Positions 1 to 8,360 of a stretch of 32,395 nucleotides of DNA are shown piece by piece (within the stretch, counting starts at the first letter, position 1; each line of letters begins with the position of its first letter). The DNA comes from a virus. Lineage: Duplodnaviria > Caudoviricetes. The position numbers were made by a program, and so were the translations under genes. Under the pieces are notes generated by a model, which saw only the letters and a list, made by a program, of their open reading frames with translations, was not told the DNA's origin and ran no database searches. The DNA is taken from IMG/VR virus record IMGVR_UViG_3300027772_000100, positions 1-32,395 of that record; one strand, given 5' to 3'.

Positions 1-1
1 A

Positions 2-1096
2 ATGCAATCATTGGCACTTCGTGATAGCACTGGAACAACACATGATGTTATTGCCGGCAAAATAAACAATCAAACCGTCTTTATTATTAACAAAGATCAA
101 GGCTCTAATGCAGATGATTCATGGACATTGCAAACACCATTTGATGGATTTACAAAGATATATCAAGGTCTTACACTAGCGTATGCTAATGATAATGCAA
201 ATCCAGGGCAATCAACAGACTATAAATTCCATGGAACCGCAACCGACTCGGACAGATTAGAAGGATATACAGCTAGCGACTTTATTTTATCAGATGCGGC
301 CGAATTTGGGGCAACTGTAGCATTTTCTGATACTGGTTTTACTGTAGGATCTACACCAAGGTTTAGACTATTTAATTCTGGACAAACTCCTACATTACAA
401 AGTCAAAATACTACTATCAATTTTCAAACAACAGTTTCGGGATTAACAAAAACTCCATTAAGTTTAGTGGGGGTTGATGTTATACCTGGAGTTGACAACG
501 CTACAAATCTAGGTACTGCTACACAAAGATTTAAAACTATATATGCAGTGTCTTTAGAAGGAACTGCATCCAAAGCAAATCAACTAGCAGTAGGCGCTGA
601 TTTTAGAAATGCAAGTTCGATATCAAGTTCTGGAACTATTGTAGTTAGAACAAGTGCCGATGAGACAATTAACGGCGTAAATATTTTAGCAGGAGCAGTT
701 AAAGGTACATATTTTGTTGGTACTGCAACTAGTGCAAACTACGCTGACTTAGCTGAAAAATATCTAGCAGATGCTGAATACGAAGTAGGTACTGTTATGT
801 CAGTTGGCGGAGCATTTGAAGTAACAGCCTGTCAAGAAGGTGATAGAGCATTGGGTGCTGTTAGTGATAAACCAGCCTATTTGATGAATTTTGAATTAGA
901 AGGCGGCACAATTGTTGCACTAAAAGGCCGTATTCCAGTTAAAGTATCCGGTACTATTAAAAAAGGTGATCAATTAATTGCAGGCAAAGACGGTACTGCA
1001 CAAGTTGGCATTCCACATGCTCCGGGTGTATTTGGTATAGCATTAGAAACAAGTGATGATGCCGGCATCAAACTTGTCGAATGTGTTATATTATAA
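2..1096 (+). CDS. Phage tail-fibre/baseplate-associated structural protein with C-terminal intramolecular-chaperone-like domain (probably 5'-truncated by the window edge)
   Basis: Thr/Gly/Ser-rich beta-type sequence. C-terminal 'ANYADLAEKY...GTV...GG..EV...GAVS..PAYLMN...VAL.GR.PVKV.G...KGD.L' is typical of phage fibre/spike C-termini. The Met at 2 may be internal. Confidence 0.7.
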   Translation: MQSLALRDSTGTTHDVIAGKINNQTVFIINKDQGSNADDSWTLQTPFDGFTKIYQGLTLAYANDNANPGQSTDYKFHGTATDSDRLEGYTASDFILSDAAEFGATVAFSDTGFTVGSTPRFRLFNSGQTPTLQSQNTTINFQTTVSGLTKTPLSLVGVDVIPGVDNATNLGTATQRFKTIYAVSLEGTASKANQLAVGADFRNASSISSSGTIVVRTSADETINGVNILAGAVKGTYFVGTATSANYADLAEKYLADAEYEVGTVMSVGGAFEVTACQEGDRALGAVSDKPAYLMNFELEGGTIVALKGRIPVKVSGTIKKGDQLIAGKDGTAQVGIPHAPGVFGIALETSDDAGIKLVECVIL

Positions 1097-1098
1097 AA

Positions 1099-1105
1099 AT
1101 AAATA
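1099..1105 (+). promoter_or_regulatory. Candidate phage late promoter core (ATAAATA)
   Basis: Lies in the 33-bp gap upstream of the structural gene at 1130 and resembles the T4 late consensus TATAAATA. RBS-like AAGGA precedes the ATG. Short AT-rich motif, so it could be chance. Confidence 0.4.
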
Positions 1106-1129
1106 ATTCAGGTATATAAAGGATAAAAA

Positions 1130-2017
1130 ATGGCTGGCCAATATTCTGCAATTCTAGCAACGGACTATAACGTCATACAATCAAAAGTGGCATTAGTGCT
1201 AGGACCAGGATCTGGTAACACTGGGTACGGGCAACCAGTATCTAGTAGTCAAGTAACAAGCAGAACTAATGCTACCTATGCTCAATGGAATAATCTTAGA
1301 GCTGATTTATTAAAAGCTCGCCAGCATCAAACAGGCAACGACATGTCTGCTTTTTTAAATGTTGCTAGCGCACTTGAAAATATTACAGAAGCAGATCGTT
1401 TAGCATTTAACGAACTGGCAAACGAAGCACAAGACCAAACAAATCGATTAATAACTCCACCGGCTAGTCAAGCAACTAGAGAAAATTTAGTAGGAGTACA
1501 GCAACGTGCTACACCTTGGCAAGGTAGTTTAACACAAACAGTAACAGTTACTTTTGATACTCCTAATTCTGCTAGATACTTTTTTAATACAGGTAGCCAA
1601 GTAGAATTCAAAGCCGCTAGATCTCTAGGAACATCAAACACTAAAAACAATACGTGGACTACTATGTTTAGTAGTATGGATACTATTACTTTTACACACA
1701 ATTCGACCGAGTGTAGTGGTACAGGCGATCCTGCCGCGACTATTGGCTACTACGAATTAGATACTACTGATAAACTTATATTTCAAAAATTAGCCCCGAG
1801 TGGCGCCTATGCAAATAATAGATATTTTATCTTAGCTAGAAAAGGAAATATAGGACTAGAACAAATTATTTTTACAATAGGTATGCAAGACGCAGCCGGC
1901 GGTCCAGTTGATGAGAATCCGGACGGTCTTCTAACATCTACAGTACAAGTATATTATGCTACAGGTGATAACGTATCAGTATCTAAACCACCAGCAACTA
2001 CCACTGGTTTGGCATAA
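1130..2017 (+). CDS. Virion structural protein (295 aa), paralog of the N-terminal part of the next gene
   Basis: Shares 'DYN.IQS....VLG...G.TGYGQ.V.SSQV', 'W.NLR.D.L.ARQHQTG', 'ARYFFN', 'KN.TWTTM' and 'LAPSGAYA.N' with 2030..4801. Structural gene context. Confidence 0.7.
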   Translation: MAGQYSAILATDYNVIQSKVALVLGPGSGNTGYGQPVSSSQVTSRTNATYAQWNNLRADLLKARQHQTGNDMSAFLNVASALENITEADRLAFNELANEAQDQTNRLITPPASQATRENLVGVQQRATPWQGSLTQTVTVTFDTPNSARYFFNTGSQVEFKAARSLGTSNTKNNTWTTMFSSMDTITFTHNSTECSGTGDPAATIGYYELDTTDKLIFQKLAPSGAYANNRYFILARKGNIGLEQIIFTIGMQDAAGGPVDENPDGLLTSTVQVYYATGDNVSVSKPPATTTGLA

Positions 2018-2029
2018 TAAAGGAATTTC

Positions 2030-4801
2030 ATGGCAGCGGGACAAGGTAATAAAATTGAATGGACGGACTATAACGCAATTCAAAGTGTAATTGCTCCGGT
2101 TCTTGGAGCCACAGCTACAGGATCAGGATCTACAGGGTACGGGCAATCTGTTGCCAGTAGTCAAGTCACCCAATATGCAAAAATAACCAACACTCAATGG
2201 GCTAACTTACGTACTGATATATTACGTGCCCGCCAGCATCAAACTGGTACTGATTTATCTAGTACTTTAGCAGTTCCCTATTTTGATATTACAATAACAC
2301 AAACTGCGATCAATACAAATTTACTTACTACGGGCACTACGTCTCAACTAGCAGTTAATAGTCCAATTATATTTGTTGGAGACTCGTTGCTAGGCGGGGT
2401 ACAAACTAATTACACTTACTACGTTAAAACTATCGAAAGTGCAACAACATTTACAATATCTTCTAACCAGGGTGGTGGCGTATTTACGTTAAGTACCGGA
2501 ATTGGATCAATGATTTGTAGATTTGGTGGGACAAAGATTACAGAAACAGATCGCGCCGCATATAAAGCTCTTGCTGATTTAGCATCAACTAATAAATTAA
2601 CTGGAGCGACAGGTGCTAGTGCATTACCGGCAACACAATCTACTAGAGAAACACTGTATAATGATAGTTATCTTAATGCATGGAATGGCGTATTAACCGT
2701 AACATCTACGGTACAATTTACCAGCTATGATGCTGCCAGATACTTTTTTAATGCTAGGGGCCAACTAGAACTATTCACTGGACGAAATGACGGGTCCGGC
2801 GGATTAAAAAATGCAACATGGACTACCATGTTAGACAGCGTTGCAGGTATGGGTATAGTTTATTTTTCTTATAACACAACAGTTAATAAACTAACTAACG
2901 GGAACACTGGATCTGGGTCACCTCAAGCCGTAGGATTTTATAATCTCACTACATCTGATATATTGATTTTTGAAAGATTAGCCCCAAGTGGTGCTTATGC
3001 AGATAACAAGTTTAGAATATACGCAAAACTTACTGACGGTAATGCCGGAGCCGGGTCTAATGCTTGCATACAATTCACACTAGAATGGCGTGATGATTCT
3101 CTCAACCCAAATCCAACAACGTATGGTCCGTACGGTCCGTTTGGTGTAGATGAAACAGTGGACGGTAGGATTACTAGTGTAATACAAATGCTTCGACCAA
3201 CAGGTAGCAATGTATCAATACCAACTCCTACAATAGGTATTGCTAATAATTTTGTTGTAACACCAAGTGGTAGCAACGCTATTTCTTATACGTTAACTCC
3301 TAATGTATCGACAACTAACGAAGGTACTACTATTTCCTATACTGTTACAACAACTAACTTGCCTAATGGTACCGTGGTATATTATACCAATAGCGGTAGT
3401 ACTCAAGCCGCTGACTTTGTTGACGGTGTAAACAGTGGCAGTATCACGATCAACAGCAATACAGCATCGTTTAGTCGTTCAGTGAGTAATGATGTATTAA
3501 CTGAAGGCCCTGAAAGTGTACAAATAGTTTTACGAACAGGTTCAACATCGGGCCCACTCGTAGCTTCTTCTACAAACATAATCGTTAATGATACATCATT
3601 AACTGGTATAACGTATCAGATTACAGCAAGTCAATCAGGAACACAACCAGAAGGGACAGGCGCACTTGGACCAGCAGGTGGTACTGCTATTTTATATACT
3701 GTTACAACTGCTAATTTTGGAACTGGTGTCTTGTGGTGGGAAAATATAGGAACTACCATCGGCGAAGATTTTACAGATGGCCAGAATAGTGGAACGGTAC
3801 CGATTAATAACAATTCTGGATCCTTTACGCGAGTTGTTAAAAAAGACGAATTCACCGATGGCTCCAGCGAAACGGTCACTATAACATTGCGTACCAGTGG
3901 CCCATCTGGAACATTAGTTGCAACTAGTCCTACAATCACAATTACTGATTCATCAACTACAGTGCCGCCGATATACACTTTTAGTAGCAATCAGTTTACA
4001 GTCGGTACTACAGACACGGTTTCTGAAGGTACTGAGTATCTTATATATGTTGATACAAATGAAAAAGTTCCATCTAGCCCGATATATTGGTTAGTCTCTG
4101 GCGGCCTTACTACTGCTGATCTTAGCTTAACAGGCTTATCAGGAGGATTGGGGATAAACCCAGGATCAAGATCGACGTTGCGTATGTATATTAGAGCAGA
4201 TAATCTTACAGAAGGCCAAGAAACTGGTTATATTCGATTTTATTCTGACCCGTCATTTTCAACCCCGATATCTTCACTACGAACAATCGTGGTGACAGAT
4301 AGTTCAATAAATTTAAGTATATCTCCTGCCTCTCTAAATGCACCAACTTCTGGAAGCAATTATTCCGCTAACTTTAGTGCATCTAATGGCAGTGGTATTT
4401 ACAGTTACAGTTGTACTAGTGGTAACTTACCAGTGGGTCTTACACTAGATACCGGCGGAAATTTATCTGGAACAGTAATAACTGCTGGTAGTTACAGCTT
4501 TACTATTACAGCTAGAGATTCGAACAATGCACTGGGATCAAGATCGTATTCTGGAAATATAACTGCTAATGAAACAGTAACCGCTCCTACTCAAGTTAAT
4601 AGCACCACCAAGTGGTATTATCGTTTCGACTATGGCATTCCAAACGGAATATTTACTATTAATGGATCAACCAATGTATTAGATGCCCGCGGAACATATT
4701 GGGCATTAGGTGACTTTGGTGGTTCTACTGGAACCGCAACATTTACTATAGTATTCAACGGTTCAGGAACTACTAGAGTAGTAACAATTCAATCTGTCTA
4801 A
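2030..4801 (+). CDS. Large virion structural/adhesin-like protein (923 aa): paralogous N-terminal module, three Calx-beta/Ig-like repeats and a He_PIG-like Ig domain
   Basis: AAGGA RBS. Three ~105-115 aa repeats (EG...YTVTT...D...SG...D..T[ED]G.E......D[TS]S), then 'ISPASL...G..YS..F.AS.G.G.YSYS...G.LP.GLTL...G.LSGT...AGSYSFTITA.DS'. Confidence 0.75.
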   Translation: MAAGQGNKIEWTDYNAIQSVIAPVLGATATGSGSTGYGQSVASSQVTQYAKITNTQWANLRTDILRARQHQTGTDLSSTLAVPYFDITITQTAINTNLLTTGTTSQLAVNSPIIFVGDSLLGGVQTNYTYYVKTIESATTFTISSNQGGGVFTLSTGIGSMICRFGGTKITETDRAAYKALADLASTNKLTGATGASALPATQSTRETLYNDSYLNAWNGVLTVTSTVQFTSYDAARYFFNARGQLELFTGRNDGSGGLKNATWTTMLDSVAGMGIVYFSYNTTVNKLTNGNTGSGSPQAVGFYNLTTSDILIFERLAPSGAYADNKFRIYAKLTDGNAGAGSNACIQFTLEWRDDSLNPNPTTYGPYGPFGVDETVDGRITSVIQMLRPTGSNVSIPTPTIGIANNFVVTPSGSNAISYTLTPNVSTTNEGTTISYTVTTTNLPNGTVVYYTNSGSTQAADFVDGVNSGSITINSNTASFSRSVSNDVLTEGPESVQIVLRTGSTSGPLVASSTNIIVNDTSLTGITYQITASQSGTQPEGTGALGPAGGTAILYTVTTANFGTGVLWWENIGTTIGEDFTDGQNSGTVPINNNSGSFTRVVKKDEFTDGSSETVTITLRTSGPSGTLVATSPTITITDSSTTVPPIYTFSSNQFTVGTTDTVSEGTEYLIYVDTNEKVPSSPIYWLVSGGLTTADLSLTGLSGGLGINPGSRSTLRMYIRADNLTEGQETGYIRFYSDPSFSTPISSLRTIVVTDSSINLSISPASLNAPTSGSNYSANFSASNGSGIYSYSCTSGNLPVGLTLDTGGNLSGTVITAGSYSFTITARDSNNALGSRSYSGNITANETVTAPTQVNSTTKWYYRFDYGIPNGIFTINGSTNVLDARGTYWALGDFGGSTGTATFTIVFNGSGTTRVVTIQSV
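3281..4305 (+). repeat. Three tandem Calx-beta/Ig-like protein repeats (about 3281-3598, 3608-3955, 3968-4305)
   Basis: Visible at amino-acid level; divergent at DNA level. Boundaries are approximate. Confidence 0.7.
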
Positions 4802-4811
4802 CTAATTACTC

Positions 4812-4840
4812 TTGACAAGCTAATTACTATACTGTATAAT
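4812..4840 (+). promoter_or_regulatory. Consensus sigma70 promoter TTGACA-17bp-TATAAT upstream of the glycosyltransferase cassette
   Basis: TTGACA 4812-4817 and TATAAT 4835-4840 with a 17-bp spacer. GGAG RBS at 4853-4856 before ATG 4864. Confidence 0.85.
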
Positions 4841-4848
4841 AGTAATTA
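4821..4848. repeat. Perfect 10-bp inverted repeat TAATTACTAT-N8-ATAGTAATTA overlapping the -10 box
   Basis: Arms at 4821-4830 and 4839-4848. CTAATTACT is also directly repeated at 4802-4810 and 4820-4828. Confidence 0.85.
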
Positions 4849-4863
4849 CCTTGGAGAATAATC

Positions 4864-5214
4864 ATGGACGAACGTATTGAAAAAGCGTTTGCTGTAGCCA
4901 ATTATATGGCTACTCTTTCAAATCAACGCAGAATAATCTTAGAAGAATTTAATCAAAAATTAGTCTACTATATCAACGGCGGCACATTTAACATTACCTC
5001 TGAACTTATTAATTTCACGAAAACAGCATTGGATCTGGGGCATGATACTGATGTAGCATTTATAGATGCTAATAATTTTCCAGTAGTAATACCTCAAGTA
5101 CAAGAATTTTTTGATACAATAGTAGGAATTTATTTCGAAGTGTTAAACGAGTACTCGGCCAAATTTACTGAAATCAAATCAAAGAGAAAAATTGGAGACA
5201 TCATCGAGTTATGA
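4864..5214 (+). CDS. Hypothetical phage protein (116 aa)
   Basis: Strong promoter and RBS; ATGA overlap with the next gene. Confidence 0.75.
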   Translation: MDERIEKAFAVANYMATLSNQRRIILEEFNQKLVYYINGGTFNITSELINFTKTALDLGHDTDVAFIDANNFPVVIPQVQEFFDTIVGIYFEVLNEYSAKFTEIKSKRKIGDIIEL

Positions 5215-6056
5215 CACGCGGTGCGATAATCTTTGCTCTTAATAACGGAGGCATTGACTATGTCAAATTAGCTGTCTTTGCAGCCGAACGAGTAAGAAAG
5301 TATTTACAAATTCCTGTAAGTATTATAACAGACAGCCCTGACTGGTTACAAGAATCTTGTCCAGATCATTGTTTTGATAAAATTATTGTTTTACAAGATG
5401 ATGCTAGCGGTCAGAAAGAATTCCACGATGGTACTGTGATATCAAAAAAGTTTGATTGGAAAAATCTGTCTAGAAATCAAGTTTACAATTTAACACCCTA
5501 TGATAAGACACTAGTATTAGACAGTGATTATATCATTAGTTCTAGTATATTAAAATCTGCGTTTGATATAGATGCAGATTTCCAAATTTACCAACGCAGT
5601 TTTGATATTGCAGGTTGGCGAGATAAAAGTGCATTTACTAGATTAAACAGTTACAGTATTCCCTTTTATTGGGCAACTGTATTTGTCTTTGAAAAAAATT
5701 CTATTAGCCAAGCATTTTTTAATCTAATAACTTACATTAAAGAAAATTGGCAATACTTTAGAATGTTGTATAATATTGATTCTATGGCATTTAGAAATGA
5801 TTTTGCATTTAGTATTGCTATACATATAATGAACGGAAAAAGTAATGGCGGCTTTGCCACAGAATTACCTGGCACAATGTCTTACATATTAGATAAAGAT
5901 ATTCTTTTAGACATTGACAATAATAAAATGAAGTTTTTAGTTGAAAAACAAAATTATTTTGGCGAATACATTCTTGCAAAAACCAACGGAATAGACGTAC
6001 ACGTAATGAATAAATTTAGTCTATCTAGATTTATTGAAGGCGGCACTGGTGTCTAA
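5211..6056 (+). CDS. Putative GT-A fold nucleotide-diphospho-sugar transferase
   Basis: 'TPYDKTLVLDSDYII' DxD motif after a hydrophobic strand, N-terminal 'GAIIFA...DYVKLA' and 'FRNDFAFSIA'. Confidence 0.65.
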   Translation: MTRGAIIFALNNGGIDYVKLAVFAAERVRKYLQIPVSIITDSPDWLQESCPDHCFDKIIVLQDDASGQKEFHDGTVISKKFDWKNLSRNQVYNLTPYDKTLVLDSDYIISSSILKSAFDIDADFQIYQRSFDIAGWRDKSAFTRLNSYSIPFYWATVFVFEKNSISQAFFNLITYIKENWQYFRMLYNIDSMAFRNDFAFSIAIHIMNGKSNGGFATELPGTMSYILDKDILLDIDNNKMKFLVEKQNYFGEYILAKTNGIDVHVMNKFSLSRFIEGGTGV

Positions 6057-6897
6057 AGGTTTCTTAGTCCTCGCTCAAAATACAGAAGATGTCGACTATG
6101 TACAACAGGCGTATGCGCTGGCCCTAAGTATTAAATTTAGCCAACAACTAACAACAAATATTTCTTTAATTACAAATAACGAAGTTCCTGAAGAATATAA
6201 ATGGGCGTTTGACAACATTATACCTATACCTTGGTACAAAGAAGGTAATAGATACCAAGCAGAAAATCGTTGGAAATTCTATCATGTTACTCCTTACGAG
6301 GAAACAATAGTATTAGATACTGACATGTTGTTATTAGAAGATATAACCGAATGGTGGTATTATTGCAGTAACCATGATTTAAAATTTTGTGGACGTATTA
6401 AAAATCATAAAAATGATATTGTCGTCGATACGGTACATAGAAAATCATTTACTACAAATAAATTAACTAGTCCTTACTTTGCACTACAGTATTTTAAAAA
6501 GACAATGCCTGCGTATGAATTTTATAAAGTGTTAGAATTTGTTTGCAACAATTGGGAATGGTGCTATACGCAGTTTGCACCTAACGAGTATCAAAATTGG
6601 TTAAGTATGGATTTAGCAACAGCGATTGTTATTGAAATAACAGGCATGCATAATGTAATTGATACCTGTAGCCCATTAGAATTTACACACATGAAACCAG
6701 CTATACAAGGATGGGATATGGCTCCCATAAGCTGGCAAGATGGTGTACATACTGTATTAACTACTAGAGGTGATTTAGTAGTGGGAAATATTAAACAATC
6801 AAAACTATTTCATTATGTAGAAAAGAATTTCTTAACTGATAAAATTATCAAACGATTAGAGGAGTTGGCTGATGGCCAAAAGAAAACCACAGATTAA
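6049..6897 (+). CDS. Putative GT-A fold sugar transferase, paralog of the upstream gene (likely GTG start at 6049; ORF track begins at 6034)
   Basis: 'TPYEETIVLDTDMLL' DxD motif, 'KGFLVLAQN...DYVQQAYALALS' and 'SMDLATAI' align with the upstream gene. Confidence 0.65.
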   Translation: MSKGFLVLAQNTEDVDYVQQAYALALSIKFSQQLTTNISLITNNEVPEEYKWAFDNIIPIPWYKEGNRYQAENRWKFYHVTPYEETIVLDTDMLLLEDITEWWYYCSNHDLKFCGRIKNHKNDIVVDTVHRKSFTTNKLTSPYFALQYFKKTMPAYEFYKVLEFVCNNWEWCYTQFAPNEYQNWLSMDLATAIVIEITGMHNVIDTCSPLEFTHMKPAIQGWDMAPISWQDGVHTVLTTRGDLVVGNIKQSKLFHYVEKNFLTDKIIKRLEELADGQKKTTD

Positions 6898-7462
6898 TCT
6901 ACCTCATAAGTATTATATCTACTATGATAAAAAGACTGGTGAAATCTTTTCAGTAAGTAATGAAAAGACATCGAGATATGAACACGGTATTGAAGTTAAC
7001 TTTGAAGATGCTGAACCTTTTTTAACGGGCAAGCGTCAGTTTAAAGACTATCAAATTGGATATCACAAAGATTCTGGAAAAACAACTGTACTTTCAACCA
7101 CTAATGAATTTTCAGGATATGTCTTTAACAACAGAGTCTTTGAATGGATTACAGAATTTAACAATAGTGCTGAGTGTATTGTTGAATGGAATTTGAGAGA
7201 TAAAGTTTGGAATTTTAGTTTAAGTAGAGATTTTAAAAATACTTATAATTCAATTTTATCATCTAAATTAGTATTTTTTGTCACATTAGAAAATGATAGT
7301 GATTTTTTAATTAGAACTATTTTTATAGCAACACAAGAATTATTAACATCGGATTGTGTGACAGTACCGTTTGAATCTGACATTGAAACTAAACTAGAAA
7401 AAATTGCTATTAGCAGTAAGTTAGTTTTTAAAACTTATGGATTAAAGGTTATATATGAGTAA
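6872..7462 (+). CDS. Hypothetical protein (196 aa)
   Basis: GGAG upstream; overlaps both neighbours in an operon-like arrangement. Confidence 0.7.
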   Translation: MAKRKPQINLPHKYYIYYDKKTGEIFSVSNEKTSRYEHGIEVNFEDAEPFLTGKRQFKDYQIGYHKDSGKTTVLSTTNEFSGYVFNNRVFEWITEFNNSAECIVEWNLRDKVWNFSLSRDFKNTYNSILSSKLVFFVTLENDSDFLIRTIFIATQELLTSDCVTVPFESDIETKLEKIAISSKLVFKTYGLKVIYE

Positions 7463-8360
7463 TATTATAAAAGTTATTGATCAGGACATAGTATTTTTAA
7501 GTTATGATGAACCAAATGCTGAGAAGAATTATGCAGACTTATGTAGCAAAGTACCGTGGGCTAAACGTGTTCACGGAGTTAAAGGTAGTGATGCCGCACA
7601 CAAAGCCTGCGCCGCTAAAAGTGAAACTGAATATTTTATCACGGTTGATGCAGACAATATTGTTGATCCAAAATTCTTTGAAGTTGAAATTGATTTAGAC
7701 GCTCTCGGGCTTACAAGCGAGAATGTCTTTAGCTGGTGCGGAAGAGTGCATGTTAACGGACTCATGTACGGCAACGGCGGTTTAAAAATGTGGACACGCA
7801 AATTTGTCAACGAAATGAAAACACATGAAAACTCAGATCCAGACGATCCTAAAGGTCGAGTTGAGTTTTGCTTTGATGAGAGGTATTATCAGTTTAACGA
7901 AAATTATAGCGAGAGCTTTACTAACGCTACTCCGTTTCAAGCATGGAGAGCAGGGTTTCGCGAAGGTGTAAAGATGTCTTTAGATCAAGGAGCAAAGGTT
8001 CCTGATGTTAAAAAAGTCTGGTGGCAAAATTACCAACGATTATTAATATGGTGTACAATTGGTGAAGATGTAGAGAATGGTTTATGGTCTTTATACGGCG
8101 CCCGCGAAGGAGCATATCTAACCAATTGTACTGATTGGGATTATAGCCAAGTACGAGATTTTGAGTATCTTACTGAGCAATGGAAAGAAAAGTATAGTAA
8201 GATTACTCCGGACATGTTGTCCTATGAAGTTATGGGATTGGGTGAAACATTAAAGCATGACTGTGGTTTAGAATTAGCAGACCTCGGCGAAGACGGTTCT
8301 AAATTTTTTAAACAAATATATCTAAACACTCCTAGGATAATACGTCAACGTAATGTATGA
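7455..8360 (+). CDS. Putative GT-A (GT2-like) glycosyltransferase
   Basis: 'DIVFLSYDEPNAE', 'KRVHGVKG...AH', 'YFITVDADN' (DxD), 'NGLMYGNGGLK' and 'AWRAGFREGVK'. Confidence 0.6.
   Translation: MSNIIKVIDQDIVFLSYDEPNAEKNYADLCSKVPWAKRVHGVKGSDAAHKACAAKSETEYFITVDADNIVDPKFFEVEIDLDALGLTSENVFSWCGRVHVNGLMYGNGGLKMWTRKFVNEMKTHENSDPDDPKGRVEFCFDERYYQFNENYSESFTNATPFQAWRAGFREGVKMSLDQGAKVPDVKKVWWQNYQRLLIWCTIGEDVENGLWSLYGAREGAYLTNCTDWDYSQVRDFEYLTEQWKEKYSKITPDMLSYEVMGLGETLKHDCGLELADLGEDGSKFFKQIYLNTPRIIRQRNV

Noticed and set aside
1468-3990. Antisense ORFs (1468..1701, 2995..3276, 3631..3990) and the many similar 60-125 aa shadow ORFs across the window
   Set aside because: They lie wholly within well-supported genes on the other strand or frame, and show no RBS or recognisable motifs.
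4560-4801. Possible diversity-generating retroelement target at the C-terminus of the 923-aa protein
   Set aside because: No template repeat differing at adenines and no reverse transcriptase is visible in the window.
4821-4848. Inverted repeat as a dif/lox-type recombination site
   Set aside because: It does not match XerC/XerD arms, no recombinase is present, and the exact overlap with a consensus promoter favours a regulatory role.
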